This document shows positions 46,003-56,655 of a stretch of 64,000 nt of DNA, piece by piece. The stretch comes from a virus (taxonomy: Duplodnaviria > Caudoviricetes). Each line of letters starts with the position of its first letter. The first letter of the stretch is position 1. The DNA is taken from the IMG/VR virus record IMGVR_UViG_3300017719_000004, positions 1 to 64,000 of that record, one strand, 5' to 3'. Below the pieces are notes generated by a model that saw nothing but the letters and a program-made list of their open reading frames with translations, was not told the DNA's origin and made no database searches. The position numbers and the translations under genes are program-made.

Positions 46003-46209
46003 TTATTTATTTTCAGAAAAGTTATATTCCATTAGCATAGCAAAATATTTTTCTTTCATTTCCCAAAGAAATTCTTGCTCCTCTATCGGTCTGGCAGGAG
46101 ATCCTGGCCACATCTTTATAGAGTAATCTAAATGATTATACATCATACGAACTTCATCAATACCAATATTGACACTGCAATACCACTCGTCAGGATCTAA
46201 TCCTCTCAC
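46003..46209 (-). CDS. Hypothetical protein, 68 aa
   Basis: WPGSPARPIEEQEFL motif; coupled to gp16. Confidence 0.7.
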   Translation of the reverse strand: MRGLDPDEWYCSVNIGIDEVRMMYNHLDYSIKMWPGSPARPIEEQEFLWEMKEKYFAMLMEYNFSENK

Positions 46210-46613
46210 TTGCTTTTATTCATTTCTTTTAACATTTTTTGTAGTTCCGCAGTACTACCTACAAACATAGCATTGTTTGTGACATTGGTTGTACCCTTTA
46301 CTTCTTCTTTTACTTCCTTAATATCTTTCTGAAGCTTCATTAATTTGTCAGTATTATCTGCCACATTTTTGAGTAATTGCCCTGCAACCTCATATGCCCT
46401 AGGAGACTGAGTTTCTTCAGCAAGCTCCATAATACCATTCAATGCTTCTTGACCCTTTTCTATCAAAGAGTATAAGTTTGCTCTGGTGTAGTCATAATCT
46501 TTATCAGTATCGCTTTTTGTTAAACGATCTGGTTTCTCCTTTTTACTAGGAGTTACATCAATAGTTTCACTAGTTGTATTTAATGATGCATCTATCTCGC
46601 TAAAATTATTCAT
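46206..46613 (-). CDS. 16: Terminase small subunit (T4 gp16)
   Basis: DYDYTRANLYSLIEKGQEA, PRAYEVAGQL, NNAMFVGSTAELQKML. Confidence 0.93.
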   Translation of the reverse strand: MNNFSEIDASLNTTSETIDVTPSKKEKPDRLTKSDTDKDYDYTRANLYSLIEKGQEALNGIMELAEETQSPRAYEVAGQLLKNVADNTDKLMKLQKDIKEVKEEVKGTTNVTNNAMFVGSTAELQKMLKEMNKSK

Positions 46614-47410
46614 ACATCCTCTTGTCTAGTAGGACTGTATACTTTACCATCATCAAAGAAAGTAGTAGTCTCATTGAATCCAAAATCATCATCTGCATCC
46701 GCATCAATTGGATCAGGAGTGACAGTATACCTTACCTCGCGCTTGGCAGTTTGTGTATCAGTATCAGAGTAGTAATCCAATTGTACTTTCTTGATAAGTC
46801 CGTCTGTACTTTCTGCAATAGGACCGAATAGATATGTCTTAGCACTAAAGTTTAGTGTATAAATCAGAACTCTTCTTGTAGAAAAATCCCCCTCATACTC
46901 ATCAGTAAATGAAATATTTTCTAATATAATAGGGATATCTCTTTTTTCTCCAATTGAATTGATCAAGTCTACAGTAATATTAAATGATGGTTGGAAGAAT
47001 GGAAGAATCTGCTCTACAATTTGTAAAGCATCGTCATTCAACTTTGTCATAATATTCAGTTCAAACCCAACATTATATGGAACTGGTAAAAATACTTTCT
47101 TTACCCGATCTTGATTATCAATAGCTTTAAATGTCTTTGTTACGGAAGTTTTCCTACTCGGGTCATAAGAAAGACTTGACATCTCAAAAGACATTCTGGG
47201 TAGAGTAATAGCAGTTGCTTTTGCTAACTCTTGTTGTTGCTGTAACTTAGCAAGAAATTTAGACCTAGGACCATATCCTAAAGGAACTTTAATATCGCTA
47301 ATAGTATTTCCGCCTTTGTCTTCTTTTTGAATGTGAATGTCGTTAAATAATGTTCCGAAAGACACAACTGTCTTGCGGAGAATTTCGTGATAAAAATAAG
47401 TGCCTAACAT
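46610..47410 (-). CDS. 15: Tail sheath stabiliser/terminator (T4 gp15)
   Basis: YFYHEILRKTVVSFGTLFN, LPRMSFE, QIVEQILPFFQP. Confidence 0.95.
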   Translation of the reverse strand: MLGTYFYHEILRKTVVSFGTLFNDIHIQKEDKGGNTISDIKVPLGYGPRSKFLAKLQQQQELAKATAITLPRMSFEMSSLSYDPSRKTSVTKTFKAIDNQDRVKKVFLPVPYNVGFELNIMTKLNDDALQIVEQILPFFQPSFNITVDLINSIGEKRDIPIILENISFTDEYEGDFSTRRVLIYTLNFSAKTYLFGPIAESTDGLIKKVQLDYYSDTDTQTAKREVRYTVTPDPIDADADDDFGFNETTTFFDDGKVYSPTRQEDV

Positions 47411-48840
47411 CAGAAGTTGCCAAAGGGATTACGCTCAGTGAAGTCAAGGATACCATCTGCTTCACTTTCAATTTCGTCATTGAAAGTAAATGTGCTTGTA
47501 GTATCAATTCCAGTATGATTTAGAATTTGATATCTAGCAGACGATGCAGTTCCTGTAATAAACTCACCAGGGTAGAACACACCATTATTTATTGAGATTT
47601 CTAACTTTCGGTCAGTTACATTAAATGCTCTCACATATCCTTCAGTTCCAGACTCGGATCCGACTACTCTTTCGTTGAAGAAATATGTTCCAACTCCAAG
47701 AGAAAGAGGATCTCCAATCGTAATTAATGGAGCTTGTTCGTACCCAGATCCAGCATTTGTTAGGAAGATTCTACTTAGACTATCCCCGTCTAAAATTGAG
47801 ATAGCAGTAGCTTGTACCTGACCGGGTTTACTACCAACGGTTGCACCAGTAGTTCCGATAGCAACATTTGCCGGATGTTGAATACTAATTAACGGTGGAC
47901 TTACATAATTTGTTCCAAGATCTGTAATACGGATTGAGGTAATACCGCTGTTTGTAAGAGATGCTGTTGCAGCTGCACCTACACCAGGACCACCAAATGT
48001 AAATGCCGGTGATTCTGTATATGCAAATCCGGGGTTTTGTAGGACTACCTGATCAATAGAATATAAACCGGACCTTTCGGTTGTGAATGCAAAGGCACCT
48101 GCTCTAGATGAAGTAACACCAGCAGGAGAGGGTTCGATAGTGACACTGGGTGCGCTAGTATAACCGTATCCATCATCGTTCAGGAAAATTTGTCCTAATG
48201 CTCCTTGACTAGCGAAGGAATCAACAACCGCTATGGCTGTTGAACCAATGCCTGCCAAAACGACAGTACTGGTCTCACCTTCTTCCATCGCTCTCTCATC
48301 AAGACTAGATATTCCGGTATCAACATACTCATCTTCATAGCGAAACAGTTCGCATTGAAGTTCGTAGATATAATTTTTGCCTAGTTGATAGAATGGGTTT
48401 TCAAATTCTACATGTTTAATTTCAAATATTCTTTCTCCCAAAGGGAAATAAATTAAATCTCCTTCTTTAGGTCTCTCACCAAAAATAATATCTGTGCCAG
48501 CATTTTTGGCATTATGGGTTACAACAAATGGAGCAATAAAATCTTCATATCTTTCTCTGGAAACTGTGAGAGTAATTTCGTTTTGAAGATTAATGCCAAA
48601 CTTGGACATGATATCACTACCTTTTGCATATCCCTCATAGTTATTGAGATAAGCTTCTAAAATATATGCGTCATTAAATTTAGATGACTGAACTTCTCCG
48701 AGCACATCATCAGTGATAATCATTTTTCTTGGAATGTAATAACAATCCAATCCGAACATTTTTAAGTGTTCATCAATAAGTTGTTGAACAAGGCTCTGCT
48801 CGTTTGGAGATCCTTGAAGAAAAAACGGATTTAGTGCCAT
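47410..48840 (-). CDS. 14: Neck protein (T4 gp14) with internal GxGY-repeat insertion
   Basis: NPFF, YYIPR, RPKEGDLIYFP, FYQLGKNYIYELQCELF, DFTERNPFG. Confidence 0.9.
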   Translation of the reverse strand: MALNPFFLQGSPNEQSLVQQLIDEHLKMFGLDCYYIPRKMIITDDVLGEVQSSKFNDAYILEAYLNNYEGYAKGSDIMSKFGINLQNEITLTVSRERYEDFIAPFVVTHNAKNAGTDIIFGERPKEGDLIYFPLGERIFEIKHVEFENPFYQLGKNYIYELQCELFRYEDEYVDTGISSLDERAMEEGETSTVVLAGIGSTAIAVVDSFASQGALGQIFLNDDGYGYTSAPSVTIEPSPAGVTSSRAGAFAFTTERSGLYSIDQVVLQNPGFAYTESPAFTFGGPGVGAAATASLTNSGITSIRITDLGTNYVSPPLISIQHPANVAIGTTGATVGSKPGQVQATAISILDGDSLSRIFLTNAGSGYEQAPLITIGDPLSLGVGTYFFNERVVGSESGTEGYVRAFNVTDRKLEISINNGVFYPGEFITGTASSARYQILNHTGIDTTSTFTFNDEIESEADGILDFTERNPFGNF

Positions 48841-49661
48841 TACCCAATCAAATCAAGGGGTGGAAGTTCGTAGGTAGACAACATTCTATCTTCAATACGC
48901 TGCAATTCCATTACAGCATCTTCGTAAATTTGTCTGCCATTTAATTCAATACCTCCAGGGAGTTTAACTCCTTGGAATTTAGTTAAGTTTGTACCCCACT
49001 GTTTCTTAACCAGTTGAGTAAAATACTTCTTTAAAAAAGAATCATTGTATACGCCAGCATAATTTGCTGGGTCCATAATTCTTTGGCAGTCAATGATTAT
49101 GTATGTACCTTCTGATACTGATCCCCAATCAACATCGAGATACAAACGATTATTTCTTTTGTTATATCTAATCTGCTTGTTTGTTGAAAGTAAGAAATCA
49201 ATATCTTCAATATATGTTTTAGTCATCGCATAACTGAGAAGACCACTATATCCCAAATTAAAAGCTACATCATTTAAAAACAACTGATATTTAAAACTAA
49301 ACATGTTGTTTGAGATAAAGCTAGAATCAAACAAAAATACTTTCTCAACTCCAAGGACCGAATCAGGTACACTCAGATAATTTGTGTTTTCCTCAAAGTC
49401 TCCAGATGTTGTAGTAGAAGTAGTAATACCAAGAGATTCGCCAGCACCTCTTGCTCTGCCTCTTTTGATGTCATCTTCTGAGACCTTATATTTGAGATAA
49501 ACTCTTTCGACGCCATCAAAGTGACGCTCATAAAAAAGTTGCAGAGCATCATCTAATGCATCATCTACTTGCTCATCAGCTACATTTATTTCTAAGACGG
49601 GATATCCAAGTTGCCTTAAAGCGTAATCTTTTAGTCCGTCTCTAGTGGTTGGTTTTGCCAT
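48840..49661 (-). CDS. 13: Neck protein (T4 gp13)
   Basis: LRQLGYPVLEINV, HFDG, QWGTNLTKFQGVKLPGGIELNG. Confidence 0.94.
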   Translation of the reverse strand: MAKPTTRDGLKDYALRQLGYPVLEINVADEQVDDALDDALQLFYERHFDGVERVYLKYKVSEDDIKRGRARGAGESLGITTSTTTSGDFEENTNYLSVPDSVLGVEKVFLFDSSFISNNMFSFKYQLFLNDVAFNLGYSGLLSYAMTKTYIEDIDFLLSTNKQIRYNKRNNRLYLDVDWGSVSEGTYIIIDCQRIMDPANYAGVYNDSFLKKYFTQLVKKQWGTNLTKFQGVKLPGGIELNGRQIYEDAVMELQRIEDRMLSTYELPPLDLIG

Positions 49662-52600
49662 CAGAATGTACCTCCATCAACACTGTTAGACCAAATTGGA
49701 ATGTTATTCTCATCTGTGGTTAGCATGTAATTGGAGGTTGTTAAGAATCCTACAGTGCTAAGACCACTAACCAGTCTTCCATCTGCTTCAAAGAACGCAA
49801 CACCGTTAGGTCCGCTATATCCAATACCAGTTAATCCACCTTGATCTGATCTGTAATAGAGACCGTCGCGGAATGTACCGTAACCGATTATGCTTAGATT
49901 ATCTTGGACAGTTACCTGACCAGCAGCAGAATCAAGAACAAGTTCTCCAGTATTGGTATTTATTTTGGTTGAGGAAGAACCAGCACCAATTGTGACATCA
50001 GAGATCGTTGTTACACCAGTAACTCTAAAGTTGTTAGTGGTGAGAATGCCAGAGACATTGATGTTGATTGCTTCAATACCAGCAGAGCTGGTTACAATTC
50101 CTGTAAGAATTGTTCCTTGATCTACTGTCAGAGTGGAGTGGATGTTTGCATTAGTAGCAACATCGATTGTTCCAGTCTGAGTTACGCCACGAATACTAGC
50201 ACCAATTGCTAGTGTCTCGATCTTAATGCCGTTGTTATAGTATAGAGTAACAGCACCATCAGCAGTAAAGTTGGCAAGAGTTTCGCCAGTGTACTTCTGA
50301 AGTTCTACCTGATTAGAACGGATTGCAAGGGTGCCAGTTCCAGAATCATCAATGTATGAATTGTCGCCATCATGATAGATGGAGAGATCATCATTATCAC
50401 CGAAGTGTGCCTTTACATCATCCTTGAAGGAAACAATTCCAGTGAATACTGCGTTTGTGACAGCAATACCAGTAAGTTTTGCATCAAATGCATCAAGAGC
50501 TTCAGTATCAATTGTGGTAATCGTTGCAGCAGTACCGACAGTATCTGTTACAGCAAGACCAGTAATGTTGACATCTTTAGCATCTAATGTCTCAATGTCA
50601 ACCGTAGTGATGGTTGCGTAAGTACCGACCAGTGAAGTTACAACACCAGCAGTGATCTTAGCGTCAACTGCGTCGATACTAAGATTGAAGTCAACTCTCT
50701 CAGCAAATGTAGATACGCCAGTTACATCGAGTCTCTCAAACTTAGCAGTGTCGAGGACATCAAGTCTCTGTCTAGGTGCAGCAGTGCCGATACCCAGCTT
50801 CTGATTAGCGTCAAGGCGCATGCCCTCAACATTATCAGTATTGAATCTGATAGTGCCGTTAGCACCTGAGTCATCCAGAGCGATAGAAGTATCGTTCTTC
50901 TGGAAAGAGTCAAGTTGGATAGTTGTCGCAGTCAGGATACCCAGGACATTGACATCACCAGTGATGTTGATTGAACCTGCACCAGCTGGATCAATATTAA
51001 TATCACCAGATGTAGATTCAATATTATTTCCAGCAATCTGGATGTTACCGAATGTACCACTTGTAGGAGTAACAGTGCTGCTGTTAGTTCCGTCAGTAAT
51101 CTGAAGTGAAGAAAGTGCTTGGAGGCTAGTTACTTGTTGCGAGAACGATACTGTACCGTTTTCTTGATCAACGAAGAATGCATCTCCAACTCTGAAGTCT
51201 CCTCTCTGGTCAATACTGACGAATGATACATCACCGTTATTAATTTCGGTAACTTCATTAGCTTGAATTGCTAAGTTAGGATCGTTAGAGAAGTCACCAC
51301 CAGCACCAACATGATTGAAGTTGAGAGCAAACAGTCTCAGAGATACGCCATCGCCATCAGCAATGACACCCTTCTGACCATACTCAATAGCACAACCAAC
51401 GGAGCGCATGTCTGCACCAAACTGACTGTAATCAGCAAGGATAACCTTGGTTGCAGTCCCGATACCACCACCCGCTTGAGTGATACGAATATCTTGATTG
51501 CGGATTACATTATCAGTGGTTGTAGTTACTCCACTAGCACCATCAAAGTCAAGTAAAAGAACAGTGTCCTTGTCACCAGTGTGTGCAGCAGTAGGGGCAG
51601 TAAAGTTGGCAGTATATTTGGCAACTCCTCTTTCAATTCTGAAATCGTCGATCCAACCAGTAACATTTTGACTTGCACCGTCGAAGTCGGCACCAATTAC
51701 GATACCTTTAGATGCGCCATAGTTGGTGGTGTCAGAAGTCTTAATGCCTCTCTGAGTACCATCAACAAACAATCTGGTGTCTGTACCGTCTCTAGCAAGT
51801 GCATAGTGCTTCCAGACTCCTGTAGCGATGCCTGCGCCAGATCCAGTAATAGCGGTGGTAGTACCAACCCGCATATCAACTTCACCAGCTGCCCGATACG
51901 CAAGACTAATACCTTCAGCATCTGTGCCATTATCTCTTAAATCAAAGAGAGTTGCGCTAGTCAGACCAGTTGTATTTGAATACGCCCAGAATTCAATTGT
52001 GAAATCTGTATTGGTGCCAAAACCAAGATCGCCGCTAGAAGGAGCACTGATAGAATCATTTGTTCCGTCAAGTGCTAAAGATGCAGTACCAAATTTCTTG
52101 ACTGTAGTGTCTAGTTGAGCACCATCATTAAATGTAATAGCTTTAGCAGTTCTAGCTCCGAGAATTTCAAAACCAGTTTGCTTGCCAGTTACATTAAGAT
52201 ATGTTCCGTCGTAATCAGCAACAATAGCAGTTGCAATACCAGTTGTTCCGTCAGTATCAAAAACGGTAATTGTATTACCAACACCAACAGTTGTAATACC
52301 CGTCAGTCTCAGTCTAGTTTCACCAGCAGAAGATAAACCAACAGATCCAGATATGCCCTTAATACCTTCAGCAGCGAAGTATGAGAAGCAGTTCAGGTAC
52401 TCAGAACGAGCACCGTTGGTCATGATCAGACCTTTACTGTTCGGTACAATGAAAGTAACTTCATTGAACAGGAATGCTGCCTCAAGTGATCCAACAGCTG
52501 CTTCAGAACCATCAATGTAAGCACCACCACCAGCTTTATATGAGGAAGGTGCAGAATCTGCAGAATTATAACCGTATGGGTCAGCAGTAGAAGTATTACT

Positions 52601-55600
52601 ACCTTTGTTGAATACTGTTACGCGCTGAACATAAGGAGATCTGCTTGTAATCGCAATACCAGGAGCAAACTTAAACGCATAACCCTGATTGCCAGCAGTG
52701 TCAAAGAACATATCACCAATCGTGACATCTTCGACGACTGATCTGTCATTCATCAAGAAGCAGTCTTTCTGCTTAGTAGCAACGGTAGGACAAATCTTGG
52801 TAGCACGGAGACCAGCACCCTTAACTGTCAAACCAGCTGGAACAGTTAGTGGAAAGACCTCTTCATAAACACCAGCAGCGATGAGAAGAATATCATTAGT
52901 ACCAATGTTGGAGATCTGAGACAGAGCGTATGCAATCGTTCTGTATGGCCTTTCTTCAGTGCGTCCACGAGATGCATCACCGTCGTCAACACCGTTAGTA
53001 GAAACATACCATGTATCAAGCTTAGCATTGATTGTGGCAATACCAATCTGTGCAGGTTCACGCCAGGTGATCGTGCCATCTGGATTGGTACTCAGCATGT
53101 GCTGAGTGTTCAGACCAACAACACCAGTGGAGTCATACAGAGAGGTAATGAAACCTGCCTGAACAAATGCAGAGGTTGCAATACCAACCGAGACAGTTGC
53201 ATTCAGAATGTCCGCAACTTCAAAGTCAACTGTAGTGATAGTTGCGGCAGTACCAACAATATCAGTGACTGCTAATCCAGTAATATTTGTCTGTCTTGCA
53301 TCCAGGGTCTCGATATCGACCGTGGTGATCGTAGCGTAGGTGCCAACCAGAGAGGTTACGATACCGGCAGTGATCTTAGCGTTAACGATATCACCTTCTG
53401 TGGCGTCAATCGTCGTAATAGTAGCAGCAGTACCGACAATATCGGTAACAGCTAAACCAGTAATATTTGTCTGTCTTGCATCGAGTACATCGATATCGAC
53501 AGTTGTAATTGTCGCGTATGTACCAACTGTCGAATCAACAATCAGATCATCAACACGAGCAACGCCGTCGATGTAGATATCTCGCCACTCTTTAGTAGCA
53601 CTACCAAGATCGAAGGTGTCATCATCGTCAGGAACGATGTCAGAGTCAACTTCACCAGTAAAGATGATGTTGTCTGTAGTAGAGTCACCAAGACCGATTG
53701 TGCCACCGTTAAAGGTTACATTACCAGTAAAGGTTGTAGCTCCACCAACTCTGAGATCACCAGTAACCTCAACATCACCAATGGTGGCAGCAGTGCCAAC
53801 CAAGCTTGTGATGATACCGGCAGTAATCTTGGCATTAACGATATCACCTTCTGTTGCATCAATCGTTGTGATTGTTGCAGCAGTGCCGACAATATCAGTA
53901 ACGGCAAGACCAGTGATGTTTACATCTTTGGCATCAAGAGTCTCAATGTCAACCGTTGTGATAGTTGCATAAGTACCAACCTGACTAGTAATAATACCAG
54001 CAGTGATCTTAGCATCGAGGATGTCAGCAGCATCAAGATGTGCTGTGCCATCAACATAAATGTCTTTCCACTCTCTATCAGTAGTACCAAGATCCAGAGT
54101 GTCATCGGCACTAGGAATAAATTTGAGGTTAGATTCCCAACCCTCTCTTGCCTGATCGTATATGAATTCTTTGTCAGTTGTTCCCTTAAGGATGATACCG
54201 CCGTTATCGGCTGTAGCATCAGCATGTCCACCAGTAGAACTGAATCCAAGTTCAATGTTCTTGTCGGTAATCTGAACAACCGTACTCTGAACAAAACTTG
54301 TAGTTCCGTTGACTGTCAGATCACCAACAACAGTAAGAGCTCCACCAACACGAACATCGTCTTGGAAGTTAGCATCTTGGAAGGTTACATATGTACCTGT
54401 CAGTGAGGTGATGATGCCTGTAGTAATCTTGGCATCAAGTGCATCAAGATTAGCAAAATCGCCAACAGTGTATGTTAAACCATAACCAACAATAGATGTT
54501 ACAACACCAGCAACAGTTTTAAGGGTGTTGATATCACCTTCATTAGAGTCGAAGGTTGTGATCGTGGCATAGGTGCCAACCAGAGATGTGACTAAACCTG
54601 TGGTTACTTTAATATCTCTGAGATCAGCAATCTCAGTATCAAAGGTTGTAATCGTGGCATAGGTGCCGACCATACTGGTAACAACACCAGCAGTAATCTT
54701 AGCTGCCTCAATATCAGCATCAACAAAATCAACTCTAGTGATTGTTGCTGCAGTACCAACAGTGTCGGTAATAATACCTGACTGAATCTTAGCGTTGGTA
54801 ATTGCAAAATCAGTTGCTAAACCAGCAGTGACTTTAATATCCTCAACACCGATATCATTAGCATCGATTTGCGGAACAGATGTTACGCCAGCGATTACTG
54901 TGTTACCAGTGCCTTTATCAACAATTACTACACCACCAACATCCAACAACCCAAAGGGTCGTGTGGTGCCGATACCGACATAACCAAGTTGGTTACCGTC
55001 GATCCAATTAATATTTTGATTACCAATTACGAGCTGGTTATCACTATCTCCGATAGCAACATTTCGCTCATAACCGATGATGACATTGCCACTACCAAGA
55101 GTATCGTTACCAGCAGAGTAACCAATGGCAATGTTCTTACTACCGTCTACACTGAAGAGAGTGTAAGGACCAATAGCAATGTTTCTTTGCTGCTGTCTGG
55201 TTCCTGTACCACCACTCAGGAAGCGACCATTCCTGCTGGTTACGCTACCTGTAAGAGTCTGGAAACCAAACGGCATGGTGAATGTATCACCAACTTCGTA
55301 ACCATCGCCAGGGGCCATGATTTCGATGTTAGTAATAAGACCAGTATTACCAGTCTGTAATCTAACTAAGAGTCCAACACCAGATCCACTGGTCTCGGTT
55401 ACATCTTCTGTCTGATCATAATTTGCAACAGCAGTTTGATCACCAACATTTACGCTGAGAGATACCCCATCAACAACAGGGAAAGTCTCACCATACATCG
55501 ACTGGTTACCCAGAGCAATGTTCTCATCGTTGCCGCTAGAAGATAAGGCAAAACCTACCTTATCACCAATCATCAAGTTCTTAGTACCTTGCAAGCGATA

Positions 55601-56443
55601 GCCTGCAAAGTTACCCATGACGATGTTAGATTCTAACTCGTCACTGCTGGAAAGAATACCAGCATATTGCATTGCACTGGCACCAATCGCAATATTGCGA
55701 CGGTTAAGGACAGTTTGTCCAATACCAGCACCAGCAAAGTCACCAATAAAGATTGAAGAGTCAGCACTGCTAAGACCTACAGCAGCATCACGACCAACTC
55801 TAATAATATCATTGGAGAATGTAATATTACTGAAGGATGATACCCCAGTAATTTCTACATTATTTGCAGTAAGTGCATGTCCTACATTTACTTCGTAGTA
55901 GTCAGCACTTGTACCACTAAGAGTGGTTACAACACCCGCAACTGCACGGAAATCAGTTACACCTAGGGTAGAGAATCCAGCAGCACCAACATCTAATGTG
56001 GCAGCAGTTGCAATACCAGATACATTCCAGTTTCTAGCATTAGCCTCATCATAAACGAGGTCTCCTGTTACATTAAGGTTTCCGCCAACACTAAAGTTGC
56101 CAGCAACTGTACCAACACCAGAAGTATAAAAGTCATCTACGACTGTCCAACTAGCTACTCTTCCAGAAGAGTCTAGGATAACAACTTTTGAAGCTTCGGG
56201 TGTACCGAAAGATGCTGGGTTTTCTGGGAATAGGCTGGTGTAATATTCACCACCAATCGGAATAGGAGCTGCAGTTGGACCTGAAGGGTTGCCAATATAT
56301 AATTTCTTGTATGACTTACCAGCACCTACATTACTGGTATCGTATGCGTATACTAGTTCACCGAACGATACGCCAGTACCAACGGGAGCAATGTTTGGTG
56401 GGGAAGTCCCAAGTGTCCTTTTTAAGAGAATCGTTGCGGACAT
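49661..56443 (-). CDS. Large tail fibre / receptor-binding protein, 2260 aa
   Basis: N-terminal GEL motif, NIAIG repeats, VGIGT..P motifs, ~30-aa T/I/V-rich repeats, a WYVS..G.D...G.T...PYRTI segment and a LamG/ConA-like domain (DFTIEFW...WKHYAL...GWIDDFRI). Confidence 0.8.
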   Translation of the reverse strand: MSATILLKRTLGTSPPNIAPVGTGVSFGELVYAYDTSNVGAGKSYKKLYIGNPSGPTAAPIPIGGEYYTSLFPENPASFGTPEASKVVILDSSGRVASWTVVDDFYTSGVGTVAGNFSVGGNLNVTGDLVYDEANARNWNVSGIATAATLDVGAAGFSTLGVTDFRAVAGVVTTLSGTSADYYEVNVGHALTANNVEITGVSSFSNITFSNDIIRVGRDAAVGLSSADSSIFIGDFAGAGIGQTVLNRRNIAIGASAMQYAGILSSSDELESNIVMGNFAGYRLQGTKNLMIGDKVGFALSSSGNDENIALGNQSMYGETFPVVDGVSLSVNVGDQTAVANYDQTEDVTETSGSGVGLLVRLQTGNTGLITNIEIMAPGDGYEVGDTFTMPFGFQTLTGSVTSRNGRFLSGGTGTRQQQRNIAIGPYTLFSVDGSKNIAIGYSAGNDTLGSGNVIIGYERNVAIGDSDNQLVIGNQNINWIDGNQLGYVGIGTTRPFGLLDVGGVVIVDKGTGNTVIAGVTSVPQIDANDIGVEDIKVTAGLATDFAITNAKIQSGIITDTVGTAATITRVDFVDADIEAAKITAGVVTSMVGTYATITTFDTEIADLRDIKVTTGLVTSLVGTYATITTFDSNEGDINTLKTVAGVVTSIVGYGLTYTVGDFANLDALDAKITTGIITSLTGTYVTFQDANFQDDVRVGGALTVVGDLTVNGTTSFVQSTVVQITDKNIELGFSSTGGHADATADNGGIILKGTTDKEFIYDQAREGWESNLKFIPSADDTLDLGTTDREWKDIYVDGTAHLDAADILDAKITAGIITSQVGTYATITTVDIETLDAKDVNITGLAVTDIVGTAATITTIDATEGDIVNAKITAGIITSLVGTAATIGDVEVTGDLRVGGATTFTGNVTFNGGTIGLGDSTTDNIIFTGEVDSDIVPDDDDTFDLGSATKEWRDIYIDGVARVDDLIVDSTVGTYATITTVDIDVLDARQTNITGLAVTDIVGTAATITTIDATEGDIVNAKITAGIVTSLVGTYATITTVDIETLDARQTNITGLAVTDIVGTAATITTVDFEVADILNATVSVGIATSAFVQAGFITSLYDSTGVVGLNTQHMLSTNPDGTITWREPAQIGIATINAKLDTWYVSTNGVDDGDASRGRTEERPYRTIAYALSQISNIGTNDILLIAAGVYEEVFPLTVPAGLTVKGAGLRATKICPTVATKQKDCFLMNDRSVVEDVTIGDMFFDTAGNQGYAFKFAPGIAITSRSPYVQRVTVFNKGSNTSTADPYGYNSADSAPSSYKAGGGAYIDGSEAAVGSLEAAFLFNEVTFIVPNSKGLIMTNGARSEYLNCFSYFAAEGIKGISGSVGLSSAGETRLRLTGITTVGVGNTITVFDTDGTTGIATAIVADYDGTYLNVTGKQTGFEILGARTAKAITFNDGAQLDTTVKKFGTASLALDGTNDSISAPSSGDLGFGTNTDFTIEFWAYSNTTGLTSATLFDLRDNGTDAEGISLAYRAAGEVDMRVGTTTAITGSGAGIATGVWKHYALARDGTDTRLFVDGTQRGIKTSDTTNYGASKGIVIGADFDGASQNVTGWIDDFRIERGVAKYTANFTAPTAAHTGDKDTVLLLDFDGASGVTTTTDNVIRNQDIRITQAGGGIGTATKVILADYSQFGADMRSVGCAIEYGQKGVIADGDGVSLRLFALNFNHVGAGGDFSNDPNLAIQANEVTEINNGDVSFVSIDQRGDFRVGDAFFVDQENGTVSFSQQVTSLQALSSLQITDGTNSSTVTPTSGTFGNIQIAGNNIESTSGDINIDPAGAGSINITGDVNVLGILTATTIQLDSFQKNDTSIALDDSGANGTIRFNTDNVEGMRLDANQKLGIGTAAPRQRLDVLDTAKFERLDVTGVSTFAERVDFNLSIDAVDAKITAGVVTSLVGTYATITTVDIETLDAKDVNITGLAVTDTVGTAATITTIDTEALDAFDAKLTGIAVTNAVFTGIVSFKDDVKAHFGDNDDLSIYHDGDNSYIDDSGTGTLAIRSNQVELQKYTGETLANFTADGAVTLYYNNGIKIETLAIGASIRGVTQTGTIDVATNANIHSTLTVDQGTILTGIVTSSAGIEAININVSGILTTNNFRVTGVTTISDVTIGAGSSSTKINTNTGELVLDSAAGQVTVQDNLSIIGYGTFRDGLYYRSDQGGLTGIGYSGPNGVAFFEADGRLVSGLSTVGFLTTSNYMLTTDENNIPIWSNSVDGGTF
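53150..54850 (-). repeat. Degenerate ~90-nt (30-aa) tandem repeats within the fibre gene
   Basis: Units such as GTYATITTVDIETLDARQTNITGLAVTDIV and GTAATITTIDATEGDIVNAKITAGIITSLV. The DNA TAATATTTGTCTGTCTTGCATC recurs at 53281 and 53461 (180-nt period). Confidence 0.85.
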
Positions 56444-56655
56444 TAGAAGACACCTCCGTCAATGATGGCAGCAGGGAAATTTTTTGTTGTTATAAACGAG
56501 TTGGAAGAAGATTCGTAAACTAGAATGCTTCCATCCTGTAGATTTGATGCATCAACATCGGCAAGTAAAGTTAATCTTCCGCCAGAGCCGCCGCCGAGGG
56601 CACCGCTGGCAATAACTTTTACTTGATTCGATGTGCCGATTCGTAATGATGGCAT
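56443..56655 (-). CDS. Small virion/fibre-associated protein, 70 aa
   Basis: L.LLADVD.SNL.DGSILVY; ends IDGGVF. Confidence 0.7.
   Translation of the reverse strand: MPSLRIGTSNQVKVIASGALGGGSGGRLTLLADVDASNLQDGSILVYESSSNSFITTKNFPAAIIDGGVF

Noticed and set aside
53150-54850. Fibre repeats as a DGR template/variable repeat pair or CRISPR array
   Set aside because: The repeats are in-frame coding, the differences look synonymous rather than adenine-specific, and there is no reverse transcriptase or cas gene in the window.
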